In this document: positions 26,362 to 26,436 of the stretch, piece by piece
How positions within the stretch are numbered: position 1 is the first letter of the stretch
Layout: every line of letters begins with the position of its first letter
From: Elusimicrobiota bacterium
GTDB lineage: Bacteria > Elusimicrobiota > Elusimicrobia > UBA1565 > JACRDR01
Direction: 5' to 3'
DNA: 26,436 bases
Assembly (NCBI GenBank): GCA_016207585.1
Contig: JACQPI010000098.1
Location: 1-26,436, forward strand
Translations under genes and position numbers: made by a program
The notes under the pieces: generated by a model
What the model was told of the DNA's origin: nothing
Database searches by the model: none
What the model saw: only the letters and a program-made list of their open reading frames with translations

Positions 26362-26436
26362 GGGGGTCCTGCCACCGGTGGCCCCCTGGCGATTATAATC
26401 GCCAGGGACCGTGCGAGAGGTGTTACTCCTTGCGCA
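26362..26436. repeat. Cluster of palindromes/hairpins, running to the window edge
   Basis: Perfect 12-bp palindrome GCCACCGGTGGC (26371-26382); perfect 24-bp palindrome CCCTGGCGATTATAATCGCCAGGG (26384-26407); imperfect hairpin 26412-26436. Confidence 0.85.

Noticed and set aside
26361-26436. Twister ribozyme, HDV-like ribozyme or group II intron D5/D6 on either strand
   Set aside because: UAACAC...CGGUCCC and ...GGACCCCCAU resemble fragments, but the required P1/P2/P4 partners and the D5 AGC triad helix cannot be formed.
1-26436. CRISPR array, transposase, prophage or rRNA
   Set aside because: No regularly spaced repeats or recognisable motifs; nearly all sequence is explained by identified genes.

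Overview
GC-rich bacterial chromosomal window; the gene set and order suggest a deep-branching diderm, plausibly Elusimicrobiota (inference only). Left end: a large secreted protein (minus strand, 3220 to beyond base 1, at least 1073 codons; missing from the ORF track because it has no stop in the window) with Asp-box/BNR beta-propeller, Gly9 linker and three FN3-like domains. It is transcribed divergently from a plus-strand cluster (predicted outer-membrane barrel, PduO-type cob(I)alamin adenosyltransferase, ABC-2 ATPase and permease) followed by a DUF1189-like membrane protein. From 7341 to 26141 everything is on the minus strand as one tightly overlapping housekeeping run: hpt-ftsH-folP-glmM-pdxJ-glmS-nnrD-tsaE-tsaB-rimI-TPR protein-ispE-spoVG-tRNA-Gln-glmU-prs-rplY-pth-small membrane protein-pmbA. 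No CRISPR array, transposase, integrase or rRNA was seen. Best leads: (1) folP is split by one in-frame TGA at codon 105; (2) a 108-nt, strand-asymmetric folded RNA begins at the predicted hpt transcription start and matches no family I recognise; (3) the TPR gene before ispE looks like an LbcA-like scaffold fused to a LolB/DUF4292-like domain; (4) a cluster of palindromes at the right edge; (5) near-consensus sigma70 promoters inside ispE and rimI, and a probable leaderless mRNA. All family calls are by eye from motifs; no searches or folding programs were run.
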